A stretch of 64,000 nucleotides of DNA from the NCBI GenBank assembly GCA_002719675.1, contig PBID01000016.1, forward strand, positions 76,021-140,020, read 5' to 3'. The stretch is from Chloroflexota bacterium. Lineage in GTDB: Bacteria > Chloroflexota > Dehalococcoidia > Lucifugimonadales > GCA-2719675. The position numbers were made by a program, and so were the translations under genes. Below the pieces are notes generated by a model. It made no database searches and had not been told where the DNA came from. It worked only from the letters and a program-made list of their open reading frames with translations. Below are positions 9,602 to 18,957 of the stretch, piece by piece; the stretch's first letter is position 1; every line of letters begins with the position of its first letter.

Positions 9602-11782
9602 TTATCGTCTTCCGCCAGAATCTCTTCCTCTGCCACCACCTCTGAAGTTTCCTCTTCCGCCAGAATCTCTATTGTCATTTTGTTCAGTTTTTGTAGGTTC
9701 TGATTCATTATTACTTAGTAATTTTTTTCTAGAGAGTGAAATTTTGCCGTTCTCGGTTCTGATAACTTCAACGGTAATTTCTTGATCTAGTTCAACTACA
9801 TCTTCTACATATTCAACTCTCTCTTGTGAGAGTTCACTAATATGAACTAATCCATCTTTGCCAGGTAATATTTGAACAAAAGCTCCAAAATCAGCAATTT
9901 TAACTACTTTTCCTGTATAAATTTCTCCTACTTCTACTTCTTTTGTAAGATTTTGAACCATTTCAATAGCCATATCTGTAGATTCAGAATTAGTAGAAGC
10001 AACAAATATTGTCCCGTCATCTTGAACATCTAATGTCGCTTGAGTTTTTTCAACTATATCTTTAATAGTTTTACCTCCCGGCCCAATTACCAATCCAATT
10101 TTATCTACTGGTATAGTAATTTTTGTCATTTTGGGAGCGTATTTATTTAATTCTTCTCTTGGTTTTTCGATTGCTTGTTCCATTTTTTCAAGAATTTCTA
10201 ATCTTGATGTTTTAGCTTGAGATAGGGCTTCTTTTACTACTTCTAGAGAAATTTGTTGAACTTTGATATCAAGTTGAATAGCTGTGATGCCAGTTTGAGT
10301 TCCGGCTACTTTGAAATCCATATCACCAAAATGATCTTCTAGTCCTTGAATATCTGTTAAAGTAGCGAAATGATCGTCTTTTCCTGTAACTAATCCTATA
10401 GATATTCCAGCTACATGGGACTTTATCGGAACACCTGCATCCATAAGTGATAATGATCCTGCACATGTACTGGCCATTGATGTACTACCATTTGAACTCA
10501 TTGTATCGGCAACGATACGAATTGTGTAAGGAAAATCACTTTGATCTGGTAAAACAGGTGCAAGAGCTTTTTCAGCTAAAGCTCCATGACCAACTTCTCT
10601 CCTGCCAGTAAATCCTATTCGACCTGTTTCTCCTACACTATATGGAGGAAAATTGTAATGTAACATAAATTCTTTTGTTTCTTGTGGAGACATATTGTCT
10701 AACTTTTGTGCATCGGTCAAGGGGCCAAGAGTTGTAACTCCTAAAATTTGAGTTTCTCCACGTGTGAACAAAGAGCTTCCATGAGTTCTAGGTAAGAGAC
10801 TAACATCGCAATCAATTTGACGTAGTTCGGTTAGTTTTCTATCATCAGGTCGTAAATTATCCTCAAGGATTTTAGATCTAAATATATTTTCAAGTTCTTG
10901 TTCAAATGCTTCGTTAATTTCATTTTGTGTGAACTTTTCATTGAGTTCAGTTACAACTTTGTCTTTTATTTGTGATGTTTTGTTTGAAGTTTCTGATTTT
11001 GAGTTGGAATTTGACATAGCCTCATGCAGGTCATTTCCTATTATTTCTTTAATTGATTTTGTGATCTCTTCTGAAGGGGCAAATGATTGGAATTCTGTTT
11101 TTTCTTTTCCAATTTTTTTAATTATTTCTTTTTGAAATTCTATAAATTCAGAGTTGATATTTTGTGCAATTGTAATTGCTTCTTCCATTATAGATTCTTC
11201 AATTTCATTACCATCAGCTTCTATCATGGTTACACCAAATTCATTTCCACAAACAAGCAGATCTAGTTCACTAGTTTCAAGTTCTTCAAAAGTAGGGTTT
11301 ACTACAAATTCATTATTTATATAGCCAATTCTACATGCTGAAACTGGTCCATCAAAAGGTATATCTGAAATTCCTAAAGATATTGAAGAACCTAAAATCG
11401 ATAATATATCAAAAGGATTCTCCAGGTCTAAAGATAGCGGCATTGCTACTATTTGGACTTCATTTCTGTAGCCCTTAGGAAACAAAGGTCTTAATGTTCT
11501 ATCAGTTAATCTGCAAATTAATATACTATCTGTACTAGGTCTACCTTCTCTTTTGAAAAAACTTCCAGGTATTTTCCCTCTGGCATACATTCTTTCTTCT
11601 ACTTCTACAGTTAATGGGAAAAAATCAGCTCCATCTCGAGCATCACTACTTGTTGAGGTGACAAGTAACATATTGTCGTCTTGACAAATCAGAACAGATC
11701 CATTAGCTTGTTGTGCTAATTTACCTGTTTTAATACTAAATGTTTTGCCAGCAATTGTACGTTCAAAAATTTTTTCAGACAT
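9602..11782 (-). CDS. pnp: Polyribonucleotide nucleotidyltransferase
   Basis: FFPLTV, RLTDRTLRPLF, RREVGHG, SNGSTSMAS, GDMDFKVAG, then KH and S1 domains. Confidence 0.98.
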   Translation of the reverse strand: MSEKIFERTIAGKTFSIKTGKLAQQANGSVLICQDDNMLLVTSTSSDARDGADFFPLTVEVEERMYARGKIPGSFFKREGRPSTDSILICRLTDRTLRPLFPKGYRNEVQIVAMPLSLDLENPFDILSILGSSISLGISDIPFDGPVSACRIGYINNEFVVNPTFEELETSELDLLVCGNEFGVTMIEADGNEIEESIMEEAITIAQNINSEFIEFQKEIIKKIGKEKTEFQSFAPSEEITKSIKEIIGNDLHEAMSNSNSKSETSNKTSQIKDKVVTELNEKFTQNEINEAFEQELENIFRSKILEDNLRPDDRKLTELRQIDCDVSLLPRTHGSSLFTRGETQILGVTTLGPLTDAQKLDNMSPQETKEFMLHYNFPPYSVGETGRIGFTGRREVGHGALAEKALAPVLPDQSDFPYTIRIVADTMSSNGSTSMASTCAGSLSLMDAGVPIKSHVAGISIGLVTGKDDHFATLTDIQGLEDHFGDMDFKVAGTQTGITAIQLDIKVQQISLEVVKEALSQAKTSRLEILEKMEQAIEKPREELNKYAPKMTKITIPVDKIGLVIGPGGKTIKDIVEKTQATLDVQDDGTIFVASTNSESTDMAIEMVQNLTKEVEVGEIYTGKVVKIADFGAFVQILPGKDGLVHISELSQERVEYVEDVVELDQEITVEVIRTENGKISLSRKKLLSNNESEPTKTEQNDNRDSGGRGNFRGGGRGRDSGGRR

Positions 11783-11839
11783 TGTGAATTCTCCATGATT
11801 ACATTAGGGAAGGAATACAAGTTGAGAGAAGAGTTTTTA

Positions 11840-12109
11840 TTATTTTCTTAAATTGAGCGAGGCAATCAAAGAGAGATATCTTTGTGTGTCTTTAGACTTT
11901 AAATATCCAAGCAATTTTCTTCGTTGGCTAACCAAACGCAAGAGACCCCTTCGGGTTATTTCGTCGTGGTTGTGCTGTACTAGATGATCAGTTAGTCTAA
12001 GAATTCTTTTAGTGAGGATAGCTATCTGTACTTCCGTAGAACCAGTATCATTCTCGCTGAGTTTGTGATCATTAATAATCTGTTGTTTTGTACTTGTGTC
12101 TAGACCCAA
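11840..12109 (-). CDS. rpsO: 30S ribosomal protein S15
   Basis: DTGSTEVQIAILT..RRGLLRLVSQRRKLL; lies upstream of pnp. Confidence 0.97.
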   Translation of the reverse strand: MGLDTSTKQQIINDHKLSENDTGSTEVQIAILTKRILRLTDHLVQHNHDEITRRGLLRLVSQRRKLLGYLKSKDTQRYLSLIASLNLRK

Positions 12110-12207
12110 TTGTCCAGTTTCCTAAATTCCATATTTATATTTTTTATATTTATTATATTATATCATAGTAAAGTTGAATCATTCAATGAATTGCATTTGC
12201 AAACAAT

Positions 12208-14394
12208 TTATTTGTTGACTTTAGCTTGGGATCTTTTTGAATGCAATATAGGTTCAGTATACCCGTTGGTAATTTGACGTCCCTTAAAAACCAAATCAAG
12301 TGCTGCTTGAAATTCTATACTTTCATCAAAGTTTGAGGACATTGGGTTATAGCTTTTGTCAGTTGAATTTTGAGAATCAACAATTTTAGCCATTTTTTGA
12401 AATATCATGATTATTTCTTCCCGATTGGTAATTTTATGATGTAGCCAGTTAGCGAGATGTTGACTTGAAATTCTTAAAGTAGCACGATCTTCCATGAGTC
12501 CTATGTTATTGATGTCAGGAATTTTTGAGCAACCTATTCCTTGTCCTATCCATCTAGAAACATAGCCTAAAATTCCTTGAGCATTATTTTCTATTTCTTT
12601 AACGATTTCTTTTTGGCTTAGATTTCTATTTAGTAATGGAGGTGAGATTAATTTGTTAAAATTAATTTTTTTTCTTGAAGAGATATTTTTTTGGATTTGT
12701 TTAACCTTGATCAAATGATAATGTATAGAATGCAACGCTGCAGCAGTAGGAGAGGGGACCCAAGCTGTATTAGCTCCAGATTTTGGATGAGAAGATTTTG
12801 TTTGCATCATTGAATCCATTTCGTCAGGCATTGCCCACATACCTTTTCCTATTTGAGCTTTTCCAATTAATCCGCATTCAATACCAATGTCCACATTTTG
12901 TTTTTCATATGATTCTAGCCAAGGTTGATTGCGAATTTCATCTTTAGGTAAAACTGGACCTGCTTCCATACTTGTATGAATCTCATCTCCTGTTCTATCT
13001 AAAAACCCAGTGTTAATAAAAATTATTCGTTCTCTTGCTTCATAAATACATTGTTTAAGGTTTACAGTAGTTCTTCTTTCTTCATCCATTATTCCAATTT
13101 TGATTGTATTTTTTGGAAGATTTAGTGATTTTTCTACCAAAGAAAATAACTTAACTGTTAAAGCAACTTCTTGAGGACCATGCATTTTAGGTTTTACAAT
13201 GTAAATGCTTTTTTTCTTACTGTTAGAAATTTTGCTTTTGCCTTTGATATCATGAATGGCAGATAAAGATGTTATCATAGCATCTAGAAATCCTTCTGGG
13301 ACACTTTCTCCAGAAATTGTTTTAACGGAATTAGTGTACATATGCATTCCAACATTTCTTACAAGAAGAAGGCTTCTACCATGCAAAGTAATTTTTTTAC
13401 CTTGATTTGAAATAAAATTTTTATCAGAATTTAAAGAACGGCTAATTATTTTACCTTCTTTTGATAATTTAGCAGTACACGTGCCTTTCATTAATTCTGT
13501 CCAATTCCTATATGCTTTAACTTTATCTTCAACATCAACAGCAGATACAGAATCTTCAAAATCTTGGATAGTTGTTATAGCGGATTCTAATAAAACATCT
13601 TTTATTCCAGCAGGATGTTGCATCCCAATAGGATGATTTCTGTCAATTTGAATTTCCACGTGTAAATCATGATTTTTTAATAGGATACTAGTGATGTCTT
13701 TTTCGTTATTTTTTTGAAATCCTATAAACTGAGAAGAGTCAGCTAATGTTGTTATTGTTTGGTCTGTGAGAGTGATTTCAAGATGTTGGGTGGCGTTAAC
13801 TTTTTTTAATGAAAAATTAGATGCATGTGAATAACTGCCATTTCTAATTGGAAAAATTTTGTCTAACAAAATTGTTGAATAAGATACAACCTTAGCACCT
13901 CTATGTGGATTGTATTGAGAAGTTTTTTCAGAATTATTTTTTTCTGAAAGGATATCTGTTCCGTAAAGAGAGTCATAAAGACTCCACCACCTAGCATTTG
14001 CAGCATTGATTGCAAATCTTGCATTATCAACAGGGACTACTAATTGTGGTCCAGCAATATTGGAAATTTCATCATCAATACCTTTTGTTGAGATTTTGAA
14101 TTCAGGAGATTTTGGTTGTATATATCCAATTTTTTGTAAAAATGATTTATATTTTTTTATATCAAATTGATTAGATATATTATCTTTGTGCCAATTATCT
14201 ATTTTTTTTTGTATTTGAGTCCTTTGATCAAGTAATTGACGGTTTTCATTGGAAAGTTTGTCTATGATTTGACTTAGAGAAGTCCAAAAGTTTTCTTGAT
14301 CAACTCCAGTTCCCGGTATGATTTCATCATTTACTAAGTCGTATAGAGGTTTAGCTATTTGGATTTTGTCTGTTGAAATAAATTGTGAGTTCAT
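12208..14394 (-). CDS. glcB: Malate synthase G
   Basis: GPQLVVP, RNVG, KPKMHGP, IMDEERRT, FINTGFLDRTGDE, AWVPSPTAA, MEDRATLRISSQ. Confidence 0.97.
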   Translation of the reverse strand: MNSQFISTDKIQIAKPLYDLVNDEIIPGTGVDQENFWTSLSQIIDKLSNENRQLLDQRTQIQKKIDNWHKDNISNQFDIKKYKSFLQKIGYIQPKSPEFKISTKGIDDEISNIAGPQLVVPVDNARFAINAANARWWSLYDSLYGTDILSEKNNSEKTSQYNPHRGAKVVSYSTILLDKIFPIRNGSYSHASNFSLKKVNATQHLEITLTDQTITTLADSSQFIGFQKNNEKDITSILLKNHDLHVEIQIDRNHPIGMQHPAGIKDVLLESAITTIQDFEDSVSAVDVEDKVKAYRNWTELMKGTCTAKLSKEGKIISRSLNSDKNFISNQGKKITLHGRSLLLVRNVGMHMYTNSVKTISGESVPEGFLDAMITSLSAIHDIKGKSKISNSKKKSIYIVKPKMHGPQEVALTVKLFSLVEKSLNLPKNTIKIGIMDEERRTTVNLKQCIYEARERIIFINTGFLDRTGDEIHTSMEAGPVLPKDEIRNQPWLESYEKQNVDIGIECGLIGKAQIGKGMWAMPDEMDSMMQTKSSHPKSGANTAWVPSPTAAALHSIHYHLIKVKQIQKNISSRKKINFNKLISPPLLNRNLSQKEIVKEIENNAQGILGYVSRWIGQGIGCSKIPDINNIGLMEDRATLRISSQHLANWLHHKITNREEIIMIFQKMAKIVDSQNSTDKSYNPMSSNFDESIEFQAALDLVFKGRQITNGYTEPILHSKRSQAKVNK

Positions 14395-14449
14395 AAGGAC
14401 CTATGACCGTTGAATTTTTTAAGCTGACATGATGAAGATATCTACGTAT

Positions 14450-15160
14450 TTAACGTCTAGATTGATTCCATGATCGTTTTTTATATCTAGTATTCGAGGA
14501 TACCCTTGAATTAGAAGAATAAGATCTTGAAGTACCTGTTTTGTTGTCATTTGAAGGTTTTTCTTTACTCCATAAGTCTTTGAAATATTCTGGGGTAAAA
14601 AATTCACGAGTGTCTGCAATTTGTAGTAATTCTAATGAAAGATTTGCTTCAAAAGCAGCCACCTCTACATGTTTTCCAAAATCTTTAACTGTTTTAACTG
14701 CGTATGAAAAATCTCCATCACCGGTAACCATGATACCTATGTCATATAGATCTTCCCATGCACATTTCAGAAGGTCTGTAGCCATCATTATGTCTACACC
14801 TTTTTCGACCGCTTGATCTTTTCTTAGTTTGTAATTTCCGAGTCGAACTTCTAGAAATGGAGTGTTATATAAAGCGCCAAAAAAACGTTTCTGATGTATG
14901 TATGCTTGTTGTTCTCTATCAGAATCTCTTGTTACATTATAGTAATAAACTCTATATAATTTTCTACCTTTACAGAGTTTTTTAGTGAATAAGCTAAAGT
15001 CTACGTCAAATCTTTTGCAGTTTTCTTCTAAACTATGGTATAAATTACTACCATCTATAAATATTGCTACTCTATCTGATAAATCTATCTCTGGAAAAGT
15101 TTCTTGTTGTTTTTTGCCCATTCCTATAAATTTTAAATTTCTTTCAAATAATTTCTTCAA
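14450..15160 (-). CDS. NYN (LabA/DUF88) PIN-like domain protein
   Basis: IFIDGSNLY, EKGVDIMMATD, TGDGDF; basic R/S-rich tail. Confidence 0.9.
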   Translation of the reverse strand: MKKLFERNLKFIGMGKKQQETFPEIDLSDRVAIFIDGSNLYHSLEENCKRFDVDFSLFTKKLCKGRKLYRVYYYNVTRDSDREQQAYIHQKRFFGALYNTPFLEVRLGNYKLRKDQAVEKGVDIMMATDLLKCAWEDLYDIGIMVTGDGDFSYAVKTVKDFGKHVEVAAFEANLSLELLQIADTREFFTPEYFKDLWSKEKPSNDNKTGTSRSYSSNSRVSSNTRYKKRSWNQSRR

Positions 15161-15253
15161 CCAAACCTCACATCTTTATAATTGAGTCTGTCAGACTCTT
15201 TAAATTTGAATACTACTTAAGTCTAACATAATTTAAATGAAAAAACATAAATA

Positions 15254-16612
15254 TCATTTAGCTATGTGTAGTTCCTTTTCAGTTTCAGAGATGCATTTTT
15301 TTATCTTAAGAACTATCTCGTCAATTTCATTTTTTGTAATGGAAAGAGATGGTCCAATTCCAAGAATATTGTTTCCGAGTTTCAATAATAATTTATTTTC
15401 ATACAAATATTTATTAAATATTGTTTCGATTTGATTAGCTTTAGAGGAGTATTTTTCAATTTCTTGAGGAGAATAGAATTCTATAGCTAACAACATACCT
15501 AAACCTCTAACATGTTTAATTAGTTTATGATTCAGTTTTAAAGACTCTAATTCACTCTTGAAATAATTCCCTAAATCTCTAGAATTTTCAACTAAGTTTT
15601 CTTTTTCTATAATTTCAATATTTTTTAAAGCAAGTGCAGATCCAACAGGATTTCCAGATGAAGTAAATACATGTTTGAAAAATTTATTAGGAGGATTAAA
15701 TTGATTTGCAATTTTTTCAGATATTAGGGTTGCTGCAAGTGGTGAATATGAACTTGTGATACCTTTTGCTAGTGTTAGAATGTCGGGAGAAATATTCCAA
15801 TGTTCTAAGGCAAACATTTTGCCTGTCCTACCAAACGCAGTCACAATTTCATCTACAATTAAAATTATTCCAAATTCATTACAAATTTCTCTGATTTGCT
15901 CCCAATATCCTTCCCCCGGAATAGCAGCTCCAGGTCTTGTTGGAATAAGGTCAGCTATAAAAGCAGCTATTGTATCAGGGTTATTAGACAAAATAGTTTT
16001 TTTGGTAGCTTCGATACATTTTTGAGTACATTCATCTGGAGAAGTAGCTCCGAATTCACAATTTGATGGAATAGGAAGAGGGACGTATACATTAGTAGGA
16101 AATTGAGGGAAGATGGTTTGATCTGGTTCTAGGATTTCATGTCCTAGAGGAGATAGTCCCATTGTAGCTCCGTGATAAGAGCCTCTGCGGCTAACTATCT
16201 TTACTCTATTTGTTTCACCAGTTCGATTGAAATATGATTTTGTCAACTTGATTGCTGTTTCGTTTGCTTCGCTGCCGCTTGATGTGAAAAATGCCTTTGA
16301 CATTTTTCCTGGTGAAATTTCAACAAGTTTGTTTGCTAGATTGATAGTTGGTAGACCAATAGATTGCGGAGGATATAAATTTAATTTTAATGATTCTTTT
16401 GTTGCAACTTCAGCCATTTCAGTTCTACCATAACCAATATTAACAGACATATATGAAGAATGAGCATCAGTCCACCAATCTCCATTTTCATCCTGGATTT
16501 TGATCCCTTTACCGTTTGTAACTATTAGAGGGCGATTAATATGGGGATTTGCTATAGGATTGAAATTAGGAACAAAAACATGTTTGAGGTCTATATCTTG
16601 ATTTTTTTTCAT
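15254..16612 (-). CDS. Class III PLP-dependent aminotransferase
   Basis: SGSEANETAIK, SYHGAT, DEIVTAFGRTG, LAKGITS, VRGLGML. Confidence 0.92.
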   Translation of the reverse strand: MKKNQDIDLKHVFVPNFNPIANPHINRPLIVTNGKGIKIQDENGDWWTDAHSSYMSVNIGYGRTEMAEVATKESLKLNLYPPQSIGLPTINLANKLVEISPGKMSKAFFTSSGSEANETAIKLTKSYFNRTGETNRVKIVSRRGSYHGATMGLSPLGHEILEPDQTIFPQFPTNVYVPLPIPSNCEFGATSPDECTQKCIEATKKTILSNNPDTIAAFIADLIPTRPGAAIPGEGYWEQIREICNEFGIILIVDEIVTAFGRTGKMFALEHWNISPDILTLAKGITSSYSPLAATLISEKIANQFNPPNKFFKHVFTSSGNPVGSALALKNIEIIEKENLVENSRDLGNYFKSELESLKLNHKLIKHVRGLGMLLAIEFYSPQEIEKYSSKANQIETIFNKYLYENKLLLKLGNNILGIGPSLSITKNEIDEIVLKIKKCISETEKELHIAK

Positions 16613-16722
16613 TTATTTCCTGCATTCAAATTTTTTCTACTGAATCTGGATTTTAAATTTGTGGAATTGTAAAAGATATTATTATGTCAAGCAAGGATAA
16701 ATCATTTGAATTTCCACTTGTT

Positions 16723-16908
16723 CTAAAATGAAACTGATATTGAAGAGACTATTGAAGATGTAATCAATGTAAAAACCCAGTATTTAAGAGTTTGAATAGT
16801 TTTAAAGAATGAAATCTTTCTTAAAAAGCAATGGATCGGTAAACTTATACTTGTGATCAGTATGATTATGATTAAAAAAATTATCATCCAAGATAAAAAT
16901 AATTCCAA
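16723..16908 (-). CDS. Small hypothetical membrane protein
   Basis: 61 aa with two hydrophobic stretches; AAGGAG precedes the TTG start. Confidence 0.5.
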   Translation of the reverse strand: MELFLSWMIIFLIIIILITSISLPIHCFLRKISFFKTIQTLKYWVFTLITSSIVSSISVSF

Positions 16909-16980
16909 AATTTACTCCTTAGTTACTGGCTAGATTTGACTGGTGCATTTGTTATCTTCTTCGGGTCTTATCTTTTTTAT

Positions 16981-18192
16981 TTAACCGACCACTTCTTTAA
17001 AATATCTGAGGTAATTTAAGCCTAGTATTTTCTTTAGTTCTATTTCATTAAATCCCCATTCTGCAAGCTTTACGGTCAGGTTTGGCCAATCTCCAAAATT
17101 ATCATATCCAGAAATTCTATATTCAGGAGTTAATCTATGGTTTTCTCTGAAGCCACCCCAATTAAACTCTTTAGGGTTTTGTTTAAAATATTGTATTTGA
17201 CCAGGCATGTTTTCTGGAAATTCAGAATCAAAGATAACACCTGTTTCTGGTCCATTTGCACATATGTCACTGCCTATTCCCACGTGATCAATTCCGATTA
17301 CGTTGACTAAATGGACAACATGTCTTGCAAAATCATCTAAAGTTGCAATTTTGCCGTTATTTTGAATAAAGCCTGGTACAATTACAACTCCAAAGAATCC
17401 TCCTTTATCCGCCACAGCTTTAGCTAGATCATCATCTTTTCCTCTGTCATGATAACAAATTTGATTGCTTGATGAATGTGTGATAATTATTGGAGATTTA
17501 GAAACTTCTAACGCATCCCAACCTACTTGTTGACTGGAATGACTTACATCTATTGCCATATTCAGATCGTTTAATCGCTCTACAACTGTTTTTCCAAAAT
17601 AACTGAGACCAGTTTGGTACCTTTCAGTACATCCATCACCTACAAGATTTCTTAAATTATATGTTAGTTGGACAACTCTAACTCCGAGTTGATGAAAATG
17701 ATTTATATTATCTAAATTGGTTCCAAAAGGAATAGTATCCTGGAAATCAAGTATTAAGCCTCTTTTTTTTGACTTGAAAGTATCTTCTATATCTTGTGAA
17801 TTTAGTATGAGATTTAATTCTCCGTTTAGTGCTTTTATATATTGTTTTGCTTGAGAAATTTTTTCTACTGAATTTTCAAATGCGTTTTCGATTGCACTTC
17901 CAACACTGTAAGTTCCACTAGCTATATTTACTCCTGATTTTTTCCAAACTGACATGTATTGATTTCTAGCAGATTCTGAATTCACAATTTCATCTTCAGC
18001 AATTTTTGAAAGTCTTTGTATCGCTTCACTTCTTGAATACCCTAATTTTTCCATTGTGATCAGTTCAATTTTCATAGCTTCTGTAAATATAAAGCCAGTA
18101 GTAGCTGGAGGTTGTTGAGTATCAATTACGAGAGATTCTTCATGTAATATTTTTGCTTCAGTATTTGAAATCAATTGTTTCTTTTTTTTCAT
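16981..18192 (-). CDS. Membrane dipeptidase (peptidase M19) family protein
   Basis: QLTYN.RN.VGDGC.ER, GLSYFG, IDVSHS, ITHS, GIDHVGIGSD, KILGLNYLR. Confidence 0.88.
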   Translation of the reverse strand: MKKKKQLISNTEAKILHEESLVIDTQQPPATTGFIFTEAMKIELITMEKLGYSRSEAIQRLSKIAEDEIVNSESARNQYMSVWKKSGVNIASGTYSVGSAIENAFENSVEKISQAKQYIKALNGELNLILNSQDIEDTFKSKKRGLILDFQDTIPFGTNLDNINHFHQLGVRVVQLTYNLRNLVGDGCTERYQTGLSYFGKTVVERLNDLNMAIDVSHSSQQVGWDALEVSKSPIIITHSSSNQICYHDRGKDDDLAKAVADKGGFFGVVIVPGFIQNNGKIATLDDFARHVVHLVNVIGIDHVGIGSDICANGPETGVIFDSEFPENMPGQIQYFKQNPKEFNWGGFRENHRLTPEYRISGYDNFGDWPNLTVKLAEWGFNEIELKKILGLNYLRYFKEVVG

Positions 18193-18261
18193 TTTTGTTA
18201 CCTAGTATATTTTTTAATTTCTAATTAGGATATTATATATTAAATATTAAAGGGTAAAATT

Positions 18262-18477
18262 ATGATCGTATATACGCATCCGGACTGTGATTATTCAGCT
18301 GCATTGAAAGAAGAATTAGATAGAGATGGAATTGATTATCAAGAAGTTGATTTAAAACTAAACAACGATGCTTGGTCGAAGGTAGAGGATTTAACAGGAG
18401 GTGAAAGGATCACACCTGTGGTAGTTGAAGGGGAAAGTGTAATTATTGGCTTTAAAGGGGTTGGTTGAACTTTCTGA
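18262..18477 (+). CDS. Glutaredoxin-like putative selenoprotein with C-terminal U-x-x-stop
   Basis: Grx fold (YTHPDCDYS, ITPVVV). TGA 18466-18468 is followed by ACT TTC TGA and a long hairpin; selB is in the window. Confidence 0.8.
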
Positions 18478-18509
18478 TTTAGAAGCCGTGAGCTTCTTTT
18501 TAGATGAGT
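18469..18509 (+). promoter_or_regulatory. Putative bacterial SECIS element
   Basis: Pairings ACUU/GAGU, UCUGA/UUAGA and AGAAGC/GCUUCU around loop CGUGA, starting immediately after the in-frame UGA. The upper stem follows a 12-nt spacer. Confidence 0.72.
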
Positions 18510-18550
18510 GAGTAACCTAGGATGCTTGATGTTAGATAATTATGATGATA

Positions 18551-18939
18551 TTAAGTGATGATAGCGATTGCTTCAATTTCTATGTCTAGACCGTCTTCTA
18601 CTAGAGCACTTACTTCCACTACAGAGTTTGTAGGGAATTCATTTTTGAAATATTTTTGAAATATTTTTTCATGATCTGAATTAATTGGCCACCAGTCAGA
18701 CTTGTTGGTTACGAAAGTGGTTAATTTGACGATATCACTTGGCTTTCCGTTTTCCGATTTCACCATTGAAGTAATCCTGTGTAAAATTACGTCGAGTTGT
18801 TGTAGATGCGATTCACCTTGAGCAGAAGAATTTTTGCAGTTGTCCCAGATATAAATAAAATGTTTCCTGATCTTACACCTCGAGTATATATTTTACCTGC
18901 AGGATAAATATTTTCGAAATTAATTCTTTTGTTTTTCAT
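18551..18939 (-). pseudogene. Rid (YjgF/UK114) family gene split by a 1-nt frameshift
   Basis: MKNKRINFEN..YTRGVRSGNILFISGTTAK continues in another frame as NSSAQGESHLQQL..IVKLTTFVT..IEIEAIA. The span is 389 nt; one extra A at the run 18831-18835 restores 129 aa. Confidence 0.8.
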
Positions 18940-18957
18940 CGAATAAAATTGGTGTTT

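Noticed and set aside
13981-13995. Malate synthase reads NARWWSLY instead of the usual NARWGSLY
   Set aside because: A single-base difference could explain it (variant or error). Catalytic motifs are intact and nothing more can be concluded.
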